From NCBI RefSeq assembly GCF_009914755.1, contig NC_060948.1: DNA of 64,000 nt; one strand, 5' to 3'. Source of the stretch: the human T2T-CHM13v2.0 reference genome, Homo sapiens. Within the stretch, counting starts at the first letter, position 1. Every line of letters starts with the position of its first letter. This document shows positions 33,776 to 48,128 of the stretch, one piece after another. Both the position numbers and the translations under genes were made by a program. The notes beneath the pieces are model-generated. The model was not told the DNA's origin, searched no databases, and worked only from the letters and a program-made list of their open reading frames with translations.

Positions 33776-34823
33776 GCTGTGCAGAAGCTCTTTAGTTTAG
33801 AACCCATTTGTCAATTTTGGCTTTTGTTGCCATTGCTTTTTGTGTTTCAGACATGAAGTCCTTGCCCATGCCTATGTCCTGAATGGTATTGCCTAAGTTT
33901 TCTTCTAGGGTTTTTATGGTTTTAGGTCTAACATGTAAGTCTTTAATCCATTGTGAATTAATTTTTGTATAAGTTTTAAGGAAGGGATCCAGTTTCAGCT
34001 TTCTATATATGGCTAGCCAGTTTTCCCAGCACCATTTATTAAATAGGGAATCATTTCCCCATTTCTTGTTTTTTTCAGGTTTGTCAAAGTTCAGATGGTT
34101 GTAGATATATGGCATTATTTCTGAGGGCTCTGTTCTGTTCCATTGGTCTATATCTCTGGTTTGGTACCAGTACCATGTTGTTTTGGTTACTGTAGCCTTG
34201 TAGTATAGTTTGAAGTCAGGTAGTATGATGTCTCCAGCTTTGTTGTTTTGGCTTAGGATTGACTTGGCAATGCGGGCTCTTTTTTGGTTCCAAATGAACT
34301 TTAAAGTAGTTTTCTCCAATTCTATGAAGAAAGTCATTGGTAGCTTGATGGGGATGGCATTGAATCTATATATTACCTTGGGCAGTATGGCCATTTTCAC
34401 GATATTGATTCTTCCTACCTATGAACCTGGAACGTTCTTCCATTTGTTTGTATCCTCTTTTATTTCATTGAGAAGTGATTTGTAGTTTTCCTTGAAGAGG
34501 TCCTTCACATCCCTTGTAAGTTGGATTCCTAGGTATTTTATTCTCTTTGAAACAATTGTGAATGGGAGTTCACTCATGATTTGGCTCTCTGTTTGTCTGT
34601 TATTGGTGTATAAGAATGCATGTGATTTTTGCATATTGACTTTACATCCTGAGACTTTGCTGAAGTTGCTTATCAGCTTAAGGAGATTTTGGGCTGAGAC
34701 AATGGGGTTTTCTAGATATACGATTATGTCATCAGAAAACAGGGATAATTTGACTTCCTCTTTTCCTAATTGAATACCCTTTATTTCCTTCTCCTGCCTA
34801 ATTACCCTGGCCAGAACTTCCAA
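32773..34823 (-). mobile_element. 5'-truncated L1PA (4/5-like) with TSD TGTCTCATTT
   Basis: ORFs 34419..34823 (contains FSDD, the RT FADD box) and 33792..34400 are ORF2p. 10-bp direct repeat at 32763-32772 and 34824-34833. Confidence 0.95.
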
Positions 34824-35427
34824 TGTCTCATTTTACTTAAAATGATGGCATTCATCTCAATTCAAGTTGCTGCTAAAGGCATTATTTTGTTTCTTTATAT
34901 GTCTGAGTAGTAATCTTTGGTGTATATGTACCAGATTTTCTTTATCCACTTATTAGTCTATTGATGGTATATAGGTTGATTTCAGATATTTGCAACTGTG
35001 AGTGGTGCTGCTATAAACATACATATGCAAGAAACATACATATGCCAGGGTCTTTTTTATATAATGACCTTTTTCTTTGGGTAAATACCCAGTAGTGATA
35101 TTACTGAATCAAACTGTAGATCTACTGTTAGTTATTTAAGAAATTTCAACACTGTTTTTCATAGTGGTTTTGCTAGTTAAGATACCCACCAGCAGTGTAA
35201 AAGTTTTCCCATATCACCACTTCCATGCCAACATCTATTATTTCTTGAGTTTTAAAATTATGAACATTTTCACAGAAATAAGGTTGTATCATATTATTGT
35301 TTTAATTTGTTTTTCCTTGACAATTAGTAATGTTGAGCAATTTTTGTATGCTTGTTGACCATTGGTATATATTCTTTTGAAATTTTCTATTCATGTTCTT
35401 TGTCAGCTTTTTAATGGGACTATTTGT

Positions 35428-35752
35428 TTTTTCTTTTTTTTTTTTTTTTGTTTTTTTGTTTCTTTTGAGAGAGAGTCTAACTCTCTATCAGACTGACTGG
35501 AGTGCAGTGGTGCGATCTTGGCTCCCTGAAACCTCCACCTCCCTGGTTCATGTCATTCTCCTTCCTCAGCCTCCCAGTTAGCTGAGACTACAGTAGGTGC
35601 CAGCCACGCTGCCTGGCTAATTTTTTGTATTCTTAGTAGGGACGAGGTTTCACTGTGTTTGCCAGGATGGTCTCAATCTCCTGACCTCGTGATACACCAG
35701 CCTCAGCCTCCCAAAGTGCTGGGATTACAGGCATGAGCCACCATGCCCGGCC
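35428..35752 (-). mobile_element. Alu (Sc/Y-like)
   Basis: T-tail, then dimer ending GAGCCACCATGCCCGGCC. Confidence 0.92.
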
Positions 35753-38230
35753 TTGTTTTATTCTTGATGACTTATTTGGGTTACTGTTAGATTCTCAATA
35801 TTAGTTCTTTGTTGAATGCATAGTTTGCAAAAATTTTCTTCCATTCTGTGGATTGTCTGTTCACTTTGCTTATTATTTCTTTACCTGTACAGAAGCTTTT
35901 CAGTTTAAGTTTCCTCTGTTATATTTGATTTTATTGCCTTTTCTTTTGGGTTTTTGGTCATGAACTCTTTGCCGAAGCCAATGTCTAGAATAGATTTTAC
36001 CATGTTATCTTCTAGAATTTTCATGATTTCCAGCCATAGATTTAAGTCTTTGATCCATCTTGAGTCTATTTTTGCATAAAGTGAGAGATGAAGATCCAGA
36101 TTTACTTTTTTTACATTTGGCTTGCCAATTATTTAAGCACCATTGGTTAAATAAAGTTTCCCTTTTTCCTTTTATGTTTTTGTTTGCTTTGTCAAAAATC
36201 AGTTGGTTGTATGTATTTGTCTTGATTTCTGGGTTCTGTGTTTTCTTTCACTGGTTTATATTCCTGTTTTAATAAGAGTACCATGCTGTTTTGGTGTCTA
36301 TAGTGCTGTAGTATAGTTTGAAATCAGGTAATGTGATTCCTCCCCATATGTTCTTTTTTATTAGTCTTGCTTTATTTATGAAGGCTCATTTTGAATTTTA
36401 TGAGAGTTTTAGCATTGATTTTTGTCTTGTTCTGTGAAGAGTGATGATGGTATTTTGATGGAAATTGCATTGAATTTGTGGAATGCTTTTGGCAATATTA
36501 TCAGTTTCACAATATTAATTCTACTTAACAATGAGTATGGGTTGTGTTTTCATTTGTTTCATCATTGATGATCTTTCAGGAATACTTTGTTGTTTTCCTT
36601 CCAGAGGACTTTCACCTCCTTGGTTAGGTATATTCAGGAATTGTATTTTTTTTTTTTTTTTTTTGGCAGCTATTGTAAAAGGAGTTGAGATTTTGATTTG
36701 ATTCTCAGCTTTGTTGTTTTTACTGTGTAGCAGTTCTACTGATTTGTGTACTTTGATATTATGTCATGAGACATTACCAAATTTGTATATCAGAAGTAGG
36801 AGTTTTTTAGATGAGCCTTTAGTGTTTTCTAGGTATATGATTATATCATCAATGAACAGCAATAGTTTGAGTTTTTCTTTTTTAATTAGGATGCCCTTTA
36901 TATATATTTTTTTCTTTTGGTCTGATTGCTCTGACTAGGACTTCTAGTACTATGCTGAATAGAAGGAATAAAACTGGACATTTCTGCCTTTGTCTTATTC
37001 CAGTTGTCAGGGATACAGCTTTAAACTTTTCTTCATTCAGTAAACTGTTGTCAGAGGATTTTTCATAATTTTTTTAAGTTACCTTAGAGTATGTCCCTTG
37101 TATGCCAATTTTCCTAATGGTTTTAATAATAAAGCATGCTGGATTCTGTCAAATGATTTTTCTGCATCTATTGAGGCAATAATGTAATTTTTGTTTTAAA
37201 TTCTGCTTAGGTGGTGTATCACATTTGTTGACTTCTGTGTGTTAAACCATCTCTGCATCCCTGGTATAAAACCATTTTTTCAAGATGTAGTAGCATTTTG
37301 ATATGCTATAACATTTGGTGAGCAAGTGATTTTGTTGAGAATTTTTGCATCTATTTTTATCAAAGATACTGTCTGTAGCGTTTTTGTTATATTATACCTT
37401 TGTTTGGGTATTAGAGTAATAGTGGCTTCATAGAATGATTTAGGAAACATTTCCTTGTTCTTTACCTTTTATATTAGTTTCAGTAGAATTGGTCTTAATT
37501 CTTTCTTGAATGGCTGATTGATTTCGCCTGTGAATCCATCTGGTCTTGGACTTATTTTTTTGTTAGCAATTTTTATTTACCATTTTAGTTTCACTTCCTG
37601 TTATTGATCTATTTAGAGTTTCTATTTCTTCCTTAGTTAATCTAGCAGGGTAATATATTTATGAGAATTTATACATCTCCTCTAGCTTTTCTAGTTTGTG
37701 CACTTAAGTGTTTACAGTAGCCTTGAATGATATGTTGAATTTCTGTGACATCAATTGTATGTCTCTCATTTTGTTTCCAATTGAACTTCTTTGGAATTTC
37801 TTTTTTCTTTACAGGGTTAATCTTGTTAATAATTTATTAATTTTGTTTATCTTTAAAAAACAGCCTCGTGTTTTATTTATCCCTTGTATTATATTGTTTT
37901 AATTTATTTTGTTTATGCTCTGATCTTTGCTATTATTTACTCTTTTGCTGGATTTAGATTTGATTTCTTTTTATTTCTCTAGTTTCTTAAGGTGTGACTA
38001 TAGATGGTTTATTTGTGCTTTTTCAAACTTCTTGATGTAGGCACTAAATGCTATATACCTTCCTCTTTGCACTCCCCTTTTTTTTTGTATCCAAGAGATT
38101 TTGATCACTTTTATCATAATTATTATTGAGTTTAATGAATTTTTAAATTTATCTCTTGATTTTATTGTTGACACAAAGATTACTCAGAAGCAGATTATTT
38201 AATTTCTATATCTTTGCATACCTTTGAGGG

Positions 38231-38523
38231 TTTTTTTTTTTTTAATGGAGTCTCACTCTATAGCCCAAGCTGTAGTTCAGTGGCATAATATAGGTTCACT
38301 GAAACCTCCAGCCCCCAGGCCCAAGTGATTCTTGTGCCTGAACTTCCTAAACAACTGGAACTACAGGCACACACCACCATGCCCGGCAATGTTTTTGAAT
38401 TTTAGTGGAGACAGGGTTTCACCGTGTTGCCCAGGGTGCTCTCAAACTCCTGAGCTCAGGTGATCCACCCACCTCAGCCTCCCAAAATACTGGAATTATA
38501 GGTGTGAGCCGCTGTGCCCAGCT
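38231..38523 (-). mobile_element. Alu (old, J/Sz-like)
   Basis: ATGGAGTCTCACTCTATAGCCCAAGCTG...CTCCTGAGCTCAGGTGATCCACCC. Confidence 0.9.
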
Positions 38524-40984
38524 TGAAGATTATTTTTGATATTGATTTTCCATTTCATTTGGCTGTTGTCTGAGAGGGTATTTGATATAATATTGATTTT
38601 CTTAAATTTATTGAGACTTGTTTTGTGGCCTATCATACTGTCTGTCCTACAGAATGGTATATGTACTAATATGTATTCTAAACCTTCTGGGTACAATGCT
38701 CAGTAAATATCTTTTCAGTCCAATTGTTGATGGGTATAATTTAAATTAATTGTTTCTTTGTTGACTTTCTTTCTTGATGGCTTATCTAGCACTGTCCATG
38801 GAGTCTGGAACACTCTCATTGTGTTGCCATCTGTCTCATTTCTTCGGCCTAGTAATTATTTTTTATACATCTGGAAGCTCCAATGTTAGGTGCATATATA
38901 TTTAGCATTGTGATATTTTCCTGTTGGGCTAGTCTTCTTATCGTTATAAATGTTCCTGTTTATCTTTTTAAACTGTTGTTCCTCTAAAATTTGTTTTGTC
39001 TTATATAATAGTGATTCCTGCTGAATTTGGAGTCCATTTGCATGCAATATCATTTTCCACACTTTTACCTCAATTATATGTGAGTCCTTATGTGTTAAGT
39101 AAGACTATTGAAGACAGCATATGATGCATGAATTCTTACTTATTCTGTCATTCTGTGTCCTTTAAAGTGTAGCATTTAGTCCATTTACATTAAGTGTTAT
39201 TATTGAGATGTCAGGTACTATTCTATTCATTGTGTTAGTTATTGCCTGAATACTTCGTTTTATTTTTCCATTGTGGTATTTTTTTAAAGGCTGTGTGCAA
39301 TTTGCTTTAAGAAGTTTCTATTTTGGTCTCTTGCAAGATTTTCCTTCAAGATTTATAATTCCTTTCAACAGTTTTTGTAGTCCTGGCTGGGTAGTGGCAA
39401 ATTCTCTCAGCATTTGTTTGTCTAAAGAATACTATATATCTTCTTCATTTATAAAGCTTTTACTGCATGTGAAATTCTTGCTGATAATTATTTTGTTCAG
39501 TGACACTAAAGATGGAACCCCAATCCATTCTAGCTGGTAGGTTGTTTTCTGATAAATCTGTTGTTAATCTCACAGGTTTTCCTTGATAAGTTACCTGATG
39601 CTATTGCCTGACAGCTTTCAAGATTCTTTTATTTTTCTTGACTTTCTCTAGTGCAGGTATCATGAAAGTAAAGTGGGCTTTCTGAGAGTACTTTGATGTA
39701 GTTTCATGTAGTGTGCTGATTTTCTCAAATGCTTGTTAGGCTAGCAATAAAGTTGTCATATGGACAGATCCAGAATTTCTTGTTAGCCAAAAGGTCACAA
39801 GTGGTGAAATTAGCTGATATTTTATCTTTCACTGAAGCAGGAATGCTTTGTTATGAGTTGCTGTAATGGCTTCAGTTGGGCTGACCTCTAGCCAGTGGGT
39901 GGCAGTTTAAAGACAGCATCCACTGTGGTAGTATAGAAAAAAACTGTCAGATTAACACATGCATGCCCTAAGATCGTCCAGATAAGTATTTGGGTTTCTC
40001 AGCTGATGAGTGGGGCATAGAGCTTCCACAAGCCTTTGACTACTAGATTGGGTAGAGAAAGACCATCAGGTTAAATATGTTTGAGCTGACTGTCCTTGTG
40101 CAGCTTACCATAGCCAGTGTCAGGTTTGTGGTGTAGTTCTCAGGCCAATAGATTTATGTTCCATGTGGGATTCTTGCATCCTCTGCTGCTTTTTACAGGT
40201 CACCAGGAAATGGGGGGAAAACCTGCACTGACTATCTTCATTCAGCTTCCAATTACTCAGAAAGGCCAGTCTCATTTCTACTGTGCTCCTCTAACATCCA
40301 AAAGAGCTGAATTTATTTCAAGACCTTTTAGTGTCCAGGGCTGAGATCTTGCCTTAGGCTACAATCCTCTGCACTGAGAAAACAAGCAGCTCTTTCAGGC
40401 TTCACTCTCCATGTCTGCTGCAACATCTAAGTTTGTGTCTGCACTTACTCTTCACTCAATCACTCCCCAATACTGCTTAGAAATATCCACAGTCAGTTGA
40501 TATTATTACAAAATTCAGCTGGAAATCTTCTGTGAGCCTTCCTCAATTTCATGGGCTGACCTCCCACTGGCCTTTGTGAGACAGTCAGAAATGACTTTCC
40601 TGTGCTTCTCTGGTGACCAGGAGAGCACACAGAGTTCTTTCCACTGCTTCTTCTACTTTTATATTTCCCTCAGCTCTCTAAAATTATTTCAGCTCTAGGT
40701 AAGGTTAAATTACTTTTTCATTATCTTTAAGGTTCTCCAGTGAGTACTTGTGTTCAGAGGTGAGTTTTCCTTTTCACATTTTCAGCACTCACATTTTTTT
40801 GGCTGCCTGATGGAATTTAGTGTAGAAAGCCACTTCTTTTAAAGAAAATGTAAATTCTTTCAGTTTTCCTGATATGTTCCTGTGGTGATTCTTGATGCAA
40901 AATTCACAATGTGAGTCCCCACATACATTTTTGTCCCTGCAAGCTGATAAAATATCCTCCATCTGCCATTTTTTTATCATGTTT

Positions 40985-43160
40985 AAGCCTTAAATTAATC
41001 TTGCATTAATTTTTATATGGAAATAGGGAAAAGTGTAGTTTCAATATTCTGCATATGGCTAGCTAGTTATTTCAGCACCATTTATTGGCAAAAAGTACTT
41101 TTTTCATTGCTTGTTATAGTTTTTTTTGTTAAATATCAAATTGTTATAGTTTATTACTATGCTTCCTAACTTGTTTTACTGGTTTACGTGTCAAGTTTTT
41201 ACCAGTATCTTGCTGTTTTAGTTACTGTAGCTTTGCAATACAGTTTAAAGCCAGGTATTGTGATGCCTCAGATTTTGTGCTTTCTTTATAATTTGTTTGA
41301 ATTTTAGGCTCTGTTTGATTCTAAATAAATTTTAAAATTGTTTTAAATACTGTGAAATTGCTTCAATTTCTGTAAAAATTATCATTGATGGTTTGATATA
41401 AATAACATTACATCTATAAATTGCTTTAGCCATTATAGCAATATTGAATAATTCTATCTAATAAAATAAAATATTTCTCATTTTTTGTGTCTTCTCTAAC
41501 GTATTTCAGCATTATTTTTTAGTTGACATTGTAGAGATCTTTTAACTCCTTGGTTAGCTGTATTCACAGGGTTTTTTTGTGGCTATTAGGAATGAGATTG
41601 TGTTTTGCCTTGGCTCTTAGCTTGGGCACCACACATATATAAAATTCTAATAATTTTTATACTTATATTTTTTATCTTGAAAATTTGCTGAAGTTGTTTA
41701 CCAGATTGAGCAACTTTTGAGTAAAAATTATAAGGTGTTCTTTTTATTGTGTGATACTGCCTGTGAAGAGAAATTGTTTAATTTTCACTCTTTCTATTTA
41801 GATGTCATTTTATTTATTTCTTTAGCCTGAGTGCTCTGGTTAGTTTGTCCGGTACTATGTTACAAAAAAGTGGTGAAAATTGGCATTTTTGCTTAGCTCT
41901 AATTACCTAGGAGAATATTTCTAGCTTTTGCCTATTTAGTGTAATGTTGGCCATGAGTTTGTGTAGGTGGTTCTTATCATATTGAGAGGTAACCCTGCAA
42001 TGCCTAGTTTGCAAAGTGTTTGTAACAGAGAGATAATGAGTTTTACAAATGTATTTTTTCATTTATTAAAATGATAATGTGGTTTTGTTTTTAGGTATTT
42101 TTCTGTGGTTAATCATATTTATTGATTTGGATATGTTAAAGAATTCTTGAATTTCAGAAGCAAACCCTTCTTGATCAAGGTGGATTAACTTTCTGTTGTG
42201 TCACTAAATTCAGTTTGCTGGTGTTTTCTTTAGAAATTTTGTATTTGTGCTCATCAAAAATATTGGCATAAATTTTTTATTGTTGTAGTTTCTCTTCCAG
42301 GCTTTGGTATCAAAACATTAGTGTCCTTATACAATGAGTTAGAAAGGAGTCTCTCTTGATCTGTTTGAAATAACTTAAGTACAAATTAGAGAAGTTTTTT
42401 TCATATTAAGCAGAATTCAGATGTAAATCCACCAGTTCCAGATATTTTTTAGTTTATAAATTTTTAACTGATTATTTAACTCTGAAACTTATTATTTATC
42501 TGTTCTGGGCTACAGTTTATTTCTGACTATATCTGAAAGTTTGTACGCTTTCAGAAATTCATTTATTTTAGATTTTCTCGCTTGTGTGCATAGAAATGTT
42601 CATATGAGTCTCTAAGTTTTTTTAACTTATTTTTTATTTCTACGGGGTTAGTAATAACATTAAGTTTTCGATTTCTGATTGTGCTATTTAAAGATGTTCT
42701 CTACTTTGTATTAGTCACACAAGTAGTCAATTTTATTTGTTCTTTAAAAAAGACGTTTAATTTTTTTAATTATTACATTGTTTTTCTCATCTCCATTTTG
42801 TTAACTTCAACTCTGATTTGTTTTGTTTTGTTTTCTCTTTTGTTGTCTTACTTTTTTTTTTTTTTAGATGTAATATTATAGTGTTCGTTTTAAATCTTCT
42901 TAAGTTGGTAATATGGGTGTTTAGTGCTACAAATATTTACCTTAACACCGCTTTAGCTAGGTCACAGAGATTTTTACGTGTTATATATTTATTAGTATTA
43001 ATTTCAGGGAATTTTTTGACTACTGCCTAACTTTATTGTTTCCTAAATGTTATTTAAAAATGTATTATTTAATTTATATTTCATTATATGATTTTGAGTG
43101 ATTTTATCATATTAATTTTTATTCATAGTAAGTTTTGGTCTGAGGGTGTGATTGGTAACC
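40985..43160 (-). mobile_element. Old degraded L1 ORF2, antisense
   Basis: TTCTGCATATGGCTAGCTAGTTATTTCAGCACCATTTATT, CCAGGCTTTGGTATCA. Confidence 0.75.
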
Positions 43161-43164
43161 AAAA

Positions 43165-43780
43165 GTATGGACAAAATTGATGAGAATTATGCTAAATGAA
43201 ATAATCAAACACCAGAAAGACAAATACTGCATGAACTTACTGACATATAGAAATAAGACAATTGATGTATAAAAATAAAAACAATTGAACGCATAAAATT
43301 AGGGAATTGAATAATGGTTACCATAGGTTAGGGGTGGGAAAAAAATAGAAGGCCAATTAAGAGATGCAAAACCTCAGTTAGAGAATTAAACACTTCAGAT
43401 ACTTTATTATCATTATTATTATTATTTTGAAATCTGTTTGACCATGTGAAGAATACAGCTGTGAATTTAGTGATATCTTCTTAAATATAGTTAACAAAGT
43501 GTATCTTAAATATTTTTATCACAAAATACATCATTTGCAAAAATTTCTTCAGTAATACCCCAGAATCACAGGAAAGCATGTCAAAAAGGGACAAATAAAA
43601 TTATGTCAAGTAAAAAGAAAACTTCTGCAAAGCAAAATAAACAATTAAGAAAATAAAGAGACCCACAACATGGAATAAAATATTTTCAAACTATCCATCT
43701 TACAAAAATTAATAGCTGAAATATATAAGGATCTGAACAATGTAATGAAAAATAATCTAATAATCAAATTAAAATAGCCA
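43165..43780 (+). mobile_element. L1M 3' fragments
   Basis: ATTATGCTAAATGAAATAATC...AGAAAGACAAATACTGCATGA. Confidence 0.6.
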
Positions 43781-43782
43781 AT

Positions 43783-45115
43783 ACAGATATATGTACCAAT
43801 GGAACAGAACAGAGGCCACAGAAATAACACCACACATCTACAACCATCTGATCTTTGACAAACCTGACAAAAACAAGCAATGTGGAAAGGATACCCTATT
43901 TAATAAATGGCATTGGGAAAACTGTCTAGCCATATGGAAAAAACTGAAACTGGACCACTTCCTTAAACATTATACAAAAATTAACTCAAGATGGATTAAA
44001 GATTTAATGTAAAACCCAAAACCACAAAAATCCTAGGCAATACCATTCAGGACATAGGCATGGGCAAAGACTTCATGACTAAAACACCAAAAGCAATGGC
44101 AACGGAAGCCAAAATTGTCAAATGGAACCTAATTGAACTAAAGAGCTTCTGCACAGCAAAAGAAACTATCATCAAAGTGAACAGGCAACCTACAGAATGG
44201 GAGAAAATTTTTGCAAACTACCCATCTGACAAAAAGGTCTAATATCTAAAATCTATAAGGAACTTAAAAAAAATTTACAAGAAAAAAAACAACCCTATCA
44301 AAAAGTGGATGATGGATATGAAAAGACACTTTTCAAAGAAGATATTTATGCAGCCAACAAACATATGAAAAAAGCTTATTATCACTGGTCATTAGAAAAA
44401 TGAAAATCAAAACCTCTATCAGATATCATCTCCCACCAGTTAGAATGGTGATCATTAAAAAGTCAGGAAAGAATAGATTCTGGAGAGGATGTGGAGAATG
44501 TATTTACACTGTTGGTGGGAGTGTAAATTAGTTCAATCATTGTAGAATACAATGTGGCAATTCCTCAAGGAATGAGAACTAGAAATACCATTTGACCTAG
44601 CAATCTCATTACTGGGTATATACCCAAAGGATTATAAATTATTCTACTATAAAGACACATGCACACGTATGTTTGTTGTGGCACTGTTCACAATAGCAAA
44701 GACTTGGAACCAACCCAAATGCTTATCAATGATAAACTGAATAAAGAAAATGTGGCACATATGCACCATAGAATACAATGCAGCCATAAAAAAGGATGGG
44801 CTCATGTCCTTTGTAAGGACATGGATGAAGCTGGAAACCATCATTCTCAGCAAACTAACACAACAAAAGAAAACCAAGCACCTTATGTTCTCACTCGTAA
44901 GTGGGAGTTGAACAATGAAAACACATGCACACAGAGAGGGGAACATCACTCACTGGTGACTCTCAGGGGCTTGTGGGATAGGGGAGGGATAGCATTAGGA
45001 GAAATAACCAATGTAGATGATGGGTTGATGGGTGCAGAACACCACCATGTCATTTTTATACCTGTGTAACAAAACTGTATGTTCTGCATGTGTACCACAG
45101 AACTTAAAGTTTATA
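43783..45115 (+). mobile_element. 5'-truncated L1PA (7/8-like)
   Basis: ORF 43791..44012 [28 protein letters not shown]; 3'UTR to GAACTTAAAGT. Confidence 0.92.
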
Positions 45116-45479
45116 TTTTTTAAAACAAGTATGTATTGTTTTAAAAAAAGTATATATTACATAAATTATATATTTTTTTAAAAAATAGAATAAAACTGAG
45201 GTTTTATGTAGAAGAAAAAACTCTACCTCAGGTCTGTAATAGAGAAAATCTGCCCTAGTTTCCAGCCTCTCATTATAGATTTTGGATCATATAAGCCAAT
45301 TTCTTAACCTCTTTTTCTCTCTCTCTCTCATAACACTCATCCATAGGAGCAAGAGAAAGAGATAAATAAGTCCTATCATTTCTTTTTCTCTGGAGAAATG
45401 ATTGAGGCAGGAGATATGTTATTTTCCTTTGAAGCTTTTTGTTGTTTCATGCCATAAATTAAAAATCAGATTAAATTTT

Positions 45480-46025
45480 AAAACTAAAAAACTAGGCAAT
45501 ATATCTCAATAGACTTTTTTTGTAAAAAGCTAAGACATACAAAGGGCAAACACTTATGTGAATATGTGCTGTATTCAAACTGCAATGAGATATCTGAGAT
45601 ATCATATTATCCCAGTTAAAATTACTTATATCCAAAGAGAGGAAATAATAATGCTATTAAGGATGTGTAGGAAAGAAAACGTGCATGCTTTTTGCAGATA
45701 TGTGAATTAACAAAGCCACTATGAAGAACAGTTATGAATGTTTCTCAAAAACAAAAAAATAGACCAGTATATGATACAGCAATCTCACTGCTATGCATAT
45801 ATCAAAAGGAAATAAAATTGATATATTGAAAAACTGTCTAAACTTCTTTGTTTACTAAAGCACTACTCAAAATAACAAGCACTTGAAATCAATCTAAATA
45901 TCTGTAAATATATGAATGAAGAAAATATGTTACATAGGCACAATACAATATTATTTACCCATACAAGATAATGTGATACTGTTATAGGCAACAATATGGT
46001 TAGAACTAAAGGACATTTTAGTGTT
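45480..46025 (+). mobile_element. Old L1M fragment
   Basis: GATACAGCAATCTCACTGCTATGCATATATCAAAAGGAAA. Confidence 0.6.
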
Positions 46026-46049
46026 TGTGATTTTACTGTGTTTTCCATT

Positions 46050-48128
46050 TATTTATTTTTATGTTTTAATTTTTAACTTCTAATTCTTTAACTTTTACAT
46101 TGAGTTAAGGAGTACTTGTGCAGATTTCTTATGCAGGTAAACTGAGTGTTTTGAGGGTGCCATGTATAGATTATTTTATGAACCAGGTAATAAGCCTAGT
46201 GAGAGGAGAAGCCAGCTGGACTTCCTGGGTCGAGTGGGGACTTGGAGAACTTTTCTGTCTAGCTAAAGGATTGTAAATGCACCAATCAGTAATCTGTAAA
46301 AATGCAACAATCAGCAGAATGTGTCTAGCTAAAGGATTGTAAATGCACCAATTAGCACTCTGCAAAAACACACCAATCAGCACTTTCTGTCTAGCTAAAG
46401 GATTGTAAACACACCAATCGGCACTCTATACAATGGACCAATCAGCACTCTGTAAAATGGACCAATAAAAGCTCTCTAAACTGGACCAATCAGTAGGACA
46501 TAGGCAAGGCCAAATAAGGGAATAAAAGCTGCCCACCCAACCTGAGCCAGCAGTGACAACCTGCTGAGGTACCCTTCCTCTCTGTGGAAGCTTTGCTCTT
46601 CACAATAAATCCTGCTGCTGCTCACTCTTTGGGTCCACACTACCTTTATGAGCTGTAACACTCACCACAGGGGTCTGCGGCATCATTCCTGAAGTCAGCA
46701 AGACCACGAACCCACTGGGAGGAACAAACAATTCTGGACTAACCTCCTCTAAGGGCCTTAACACCCGCTGTGAAGGTCTGCAGCTTCACTCCTGAAGTCA
46801 GTGAGACCACAAACCCACTGGAAGAAAGAAACTCCGGACACATCTGAACATCCAAAGGAACAAACTCCGCATACAGCATCTTTAAGAGCTGTAACACTTA
46901 CTGTTAGGGTCCATGGATTCATTCTTGAAGTTAGTGAGACCAAGAACCCACTGGAAGGAACCAATTCCGGACACAATAGCACTCTATAAGTACTTTTCCT
47001 GGTCCTGTTTCCACACCTGTCTAATAGATCCAGTGTCTGTAGTTTCTTTTTCTTTATGTTCTAGTTGTTTATCTCCTATTTATAGATGAGAATATGTATT
47101 TATGTGTTTAGCTCCGATTTACAGGTGAGAACATACGTTCTGGTTGTTCAGCTCTTATTTATAGGTGAGAATATGTAATATCTTGTTTTCTGGGGTTTTT
47201 TTGGTCAGTTTGTTTAGAAGAATGGCCTCCAGTACAATTCATGTGGTTGAAAAGAATGTAATCTCATTTTCATATGGCTGTAATTACTCTATGGTGTATA
47301 TTACCACATTTTCTTTGTTTAGTCCACCATTGATGAATATTTTGGTTAATTCCATGTCTTTGATATTGTAAACATACATGTAGATGTGTATTTATGATAG
47401 AATAATTTATATTTCTTTAGATGTGTATTGAACAATGGGATTAGTGAGTTGCACAATTGTTTCAAGTTCTCACAGGACTCACCAAAGTGGTATCCACAAG
47501 GGTTGACCTAATTTAAATTTCCACCAACAGTATATAATGTTCTCTTTTGTCCAGTCATCACCAACAAGATATTATTTGACTTTGATAATAGCCATTCTAT
47601 CTGTTGTGAGATGGTATCTCATTGTGGTTTTGATTTTCATTCTCTAACATTTAGTGTCGTTGATAATTTTCTTATATGCTTGATGGCCACATATACATCT
47701 TGTTTAAAAAATATGTATTCATGTTATTTGCCACCTTTTCCTGAAGTTCTTTGTTTTTGACTTGTAATTTTAAATTATATTTATATTCTAAATATTAGAC
47801 TTTTGTCAAACGCATAGTTTTCAAGTATATTTTCTCATTTTAAAAATTTTTATTTATCCTGTTCATAGTATATTTTACTATACATAAACTTTTTAGTTTA
47901 ACTAGAATTTATTTGTCAACTTTTAGTTTTGTTGCAGTTGTTTTTGGCATCATTGTTCTAAAATCTCTTCCATGTCCTAATCAGAACACCACCTCCCAGG
48001 TTATCTTCCAGATTTTTTAGAGTTTCAGGTTTTACCTTAAGGCTTTCAAATGCTTTAAGCTAATTTTTGTTTGATATAAGAAGGGGATCAGTTTCAATCT
48101 TCTGCATATGACTAACCAGTTATCTTAG
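46050..48128 (-). mobile_element. Old L1PA/PB 3' segment interrupted by LTR12
   Basis: TTATTTTATGAACCAGGTAATAAGC(C)TAG, resuming at 46976; GAGATGGTATCTCATTGTGGTTTTGAT. Confidence 0.75.
46200..46975 (+). mobile_element. LTR12 (HERV9) solo LTR
   Basis: TGAGAGGAGAAGCCAGCTGGACTTCCTGGGTCGAGTGGGGAC...CCAATTCCGGACACA, repeated CCAATCAGC, TSD CTAG/ATAG. Confidence 0.95.

Larger units (their letters stand above)
32490..40980 (-). mobile_element. Near full-length L1PB-type element, interrupted by an L1PA and two Alus, with part of ORF1 deleted
   Basis: 3' end GGGGGAAACAGGTGGCATTTG at ~32525. ORF2 antisense 34824-39250, ORF1 antisense ~39290-39645, 5'UTR ending ATCTGCCATTTT at ~40961-40972. Confidence 0.75.

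Noticed and set aside
33792-34823. 202-aa and 134-aa ORF2p-like ORFs
   Set aside because: Fragments of a 5'-truncated, promoterless L1 separated by a stop; the FADD box is mutated to FSDD.
46255-46500. Regularly spaced repeats resembling a CRISPR array
   Set aside because: Standard LTR12 U3 tandem CCAAT repeats with no unique spacers, in a eukaryotic context.
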